From Eledone cirrhosa (lineage: Eukaryota), in the NCBI GenBank assembly GCA_964016885.1, contig OZ024746.1, forward strand, positions 74,152,001 through 74,216,000: a stretch of 64,000 bases of DNA, in the 5' to 3' direction. The notes beneath the pieces were generated by a model. That model searched no databases, had not been told where the DNA came from, and was given only the letters and a program-made list of their open reading frames with translations. Every line of letters starts with the position of its first letter. Position 1 is the stretch's first letter. This document shows, piece after piece, positions 60,734 through 64,000 of the stretch. The translations under genes were made by a program, and so were the position numbers.

Positions 60734-62495
60734 ACTGTGATTCACACATTCCCACCTACTGATCCTACACTCGCCAATCTAGATACTATTTCTAACCCGG
60801 CTGCGCATGAAAGTAATGTGAATCAGAGTTGAGAGGCACTCTTTCTAAAAGGATCACTTTGATTTCAAAACCGGCGCAGAAGGGACATCTTAATGATAAT
60901 TATGAAAGCTTAGCTGCGCGTAGGAATTCAGACATCACAATTTGTGTAACGACCAGCAGTAAATTAACTAGGAGAGAAGGACCCCGATCTTTTGTCACCG
61001 CTTTCTTTAACGAGAGAGAAAATTTGAAGTGAAACCTGCGGTTTATATTTTTACTCGTCATTCTGCTTGGCTTCTCATCAGATAGCAATCTCTGGGATTT
61101 AGAAAGTGGCACACATTTCGCACAGGCTTTTGTTACCGTAATCTATAATGCACAAAAGTCTCTTTTGCAATTTTGTCATCATTCTATCTCTTCAGTCGAT
61201 GCATGTCAGTACTCGGAAGCCTTTACATTATACAGAGATTGTATCTTTTGCAGCAGCTATTGGGTTTTCATGCGAATGAATACCACCACATACGCAGTTT
61301 CTTCAACTCAGACGGTGTATTATAAACGGGTTTCCCTGTAACCTACGCTGATGTGTAAATGCTGGCGTATTGGCAGTGCCTAGGCGTCGGGCCTTAGTCA
61401 TACATTTTGTTGCTGGAATGATGGAGGTAACGTTGAGAGAGCTATTCGATGAATGATGTTTCAATCGAATATGTGTGTGTATGTATGTATGACTGTATGT
61501 ATGCATGTATGTTTGTAAGTATATGTGTAGACAACGTGTGTCTCTGGGAAACAAATCAAGAGATATGGGATTAAAATTTGGTTGTCAGAATGGGAACCAT
61601 ATATCCTCCCCAGATAATGTCATAGTTTGATTGACTTCTTCTTTACCTTGTAATTAGATTCTAATAAAATCTAAACGGAATTATTTCTGTAAATTCGTAA
61701 TGGAAGAATAGCCACGGGAGCAAGTTTGAATGAACTTTAAAGTTGATGCCAGCATTATTTTGGCAACATAGGTGTAATATTTTCTAAACCATACAAATGG
61801 CGTAGTGGTCTCGCCGCCGCTGATAAGAATAGAATCGATCACAATAATCAAAACTAGACATGCAGGCTATGTTTTGTTGTAATTGACCACTGACGTGCTC
61901 CAATTTTCATATTACTTTGTATTATGTGAAAGAACGACAGCAGCCGAGATTATTCAAGACAGAGCTGAACGAATGTGGAACGGAGAAGGATCATTTTATG
62001 AATATCCGTAGACCAAAACGTTGTAAAAATCCAGGAACATGTCCTGCTGGTCCTGTCAACTTTGCTTTTTACGAATGAATTACCTTTTAAGTTATGGACA
62101 GCTACTTTGAGGTCTCTAGTAGCATTATATGCCAGGCGGATTTCTGGAAATTTGCTAAGAAAACTTTACGAATATAAAATGAACTAGACTCAAGCTTATA
62201 TAAAATACCGGTAAACACTAGGGAAATACTTTTATATGACCCCCAAAATAAAGGTGTGGAATGATCTAAACGATACATGTTCCATCGAGCATGCATACCA
62301 TATGAAAGCGTAGCAGGGCATTGCAAAAAGTAACGTGTGAGATGTGAATAAAAGTATTGGTACTAGGATTGACCAGTATTTAGGACGTTTGTTTTGGGTT
62401 TCGTCTGAGTGTTAAACGAATGTGAGGCGGGATATCTACATACTGAATACTAGTTTCCATGAATTTTAAGTAGACATAGCAGTGTTTTTTCCGAT

Positions 62496-62680
62496 GTGCC
62501 CGAAGTTGATGTTTGCGACTGGCACGGGAGAATTCCCAGCTCTATAAGTCGGGGTGTAGTAAGGCTGTCAAGGAAAGACGAAAAAAAGGGGGACATTATT
62601 GATAGTTTCCTACCCATAACTCTGTTGAACGAAGAGTTTAAGATTCTGGCCAATGTGCTAGTAACAAGGTGCTTGTCATC
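62496..62680 (+). mobile_element. L1/Tx1 RT N-terminal fragment
   Basis: WHGRIPSSISRGVVRLSRKDEKKGDIIDSFLPITLLNEEFKILANVL corresponds to RT motifs 1-2 (RPIxLLNxDxKIL). Confidence 0.8.
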
Positions 62681-63079
62681 GTCTGGTATGGGAAGTGTAA
62701 ACGTGCGCAATCCAGACGAGGTCTAAATAACTAAATCACAAACAACATAGAGAATCTAACGAGTAAGCCTAGCCTCGATAGGGCTTTGATCAAGTGTCGT
62801 CGCCGTTTGTAAGGCCAGTCTTTCCGCAGCTCGTCACTTTGACTTTAGCAAATCTTTCAAGTACTTAGAAATAAAGGTAAGGCTGGAGAAGGGAGTGCTG
62901 CTCTCTGGTATATTTGTTTAAAAGGTGGGTAAATATAGTTAGAACGACCCAAGTGAATGAGACTACTCTGGCAGGTGCCTATAGGCTGGAAAATTCATAG
63001 AGTAAGGATGCTCTTGGTGATTATCATTATAATTTTATATGAGTTTTTTAAATTTCTTTTCAACCATTCAACACTTGGA

Positions 63080-63570
63080 CAGCATGCTTTCCAGCATAGT
63101 TACGTCCCTTTATGATCTGAGTTCAAAATCCGGCCGAGGTTAACTTTGCCTTTCATCCTTACGGGGTCGATAAAATAAAGTACCAGTAATGTACTGGGTA
63201 ATTGCTGGCCTTGTGCCTAAAGTAGAAAAAATTATTACTATTATGTGAATTGGCAGTATCGGTAGAGGGTTGGACGCCATGTTTTCTAGCATAGTTACGT
63301 CCCTTTACAGTCTGAGTTCAAATCCCGCCGAGGTTAGCTTTGCCTTTCATCCTTACGAGGTCGATAAAATAAAGTACCAGTAATGTGCTGGGTAATTGCT
63401 GGCCTTGTGCCTAAAGTAGAAACAATTATTATTATTATTGAGTTCAAATCCCGCCGAGGTTATCTTTGCCTTTCATCCTTACGGGGTCGATAAAATAAAG
63501 TACCAGTAATACACTGGATAATTGCTGGCCTTGTGCCTAAAGTAGAAAAAATTATTATTATTATTATTAC
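63080..63570 (+). mobile_element. Three tandem SINE family 1 copies
   Basis: 63080-63235, 63243-63430 and 63439-63555, each ending aattatt(att)n. Confidence 0.92.
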
Positions 63571-64000
63571 AAAATAATAAATTTTCTTTCGTCTAGAAAT
63601 GATTCTCCCTCCCTTTCTCCACTCAGTCCACCCCCCCTTTATAACTTCTTATCTCTATAGCTGTAGGCAAAACACCGTAGTGATTGTACATGTTTTAATG
63701 ACTATATCGAATGCAATTTAATTTATTCCTTCTTCTACAATCCGTTATCGCCATCTTGATTTCAATCTGGCATGCATAGATTTCAGATTTCCTCCCTTCC
63801 ATCTCATCTGCATCTCACCAAGCACATTATGTCCTATTGGTCTTTTCATATACATACATACATACATACATACATACATACATACATACATACATACATA
63901 CATACATACTTACACACATACACCCACAAACATATATATATATATAAATATAGATATGTATATACATGTGTATATATATAGATATGTATATACATGTGTA

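Overview
Eukaryotic, repeat-saturated, apparently gene-free DNA (intergenic or intronic). The SINE families and the very high (AT)n/(AC)n/(GAT)n density suggest an octopus-like cephalopod; this is inference. No host protein-coding exon is convincingly supported, and nearly all ORF-track entries are microsatellite artefacts. Identifiable content: two Neptune-type and two Naiad-type Penelope-like retroelements (PLEs; RT plus GIY-YIG endonuclease); fragments of L1/Tx1, RTE and R4/Dong LINEs; two tRNA-derived SINE families; hAT and Tigger-like MITEs; and a 67-bp minisatellite. The main hidden signal is about 20 type I hammerhead ribozyme (HHR) motifs (CUGAnGA...GAAA...UH) from at least 8 unrelated small PLE-derived families, almost all embedded in (AT)n tracts. 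Several families show compensatory base changes. Many copies are rearranged in recurring ways: palindromes centred on HHR stem II, head-to-head dimers, and a 3' tail flipped to the 5' junction. All structures were read by eye; none was folded computationally or searched against a database.
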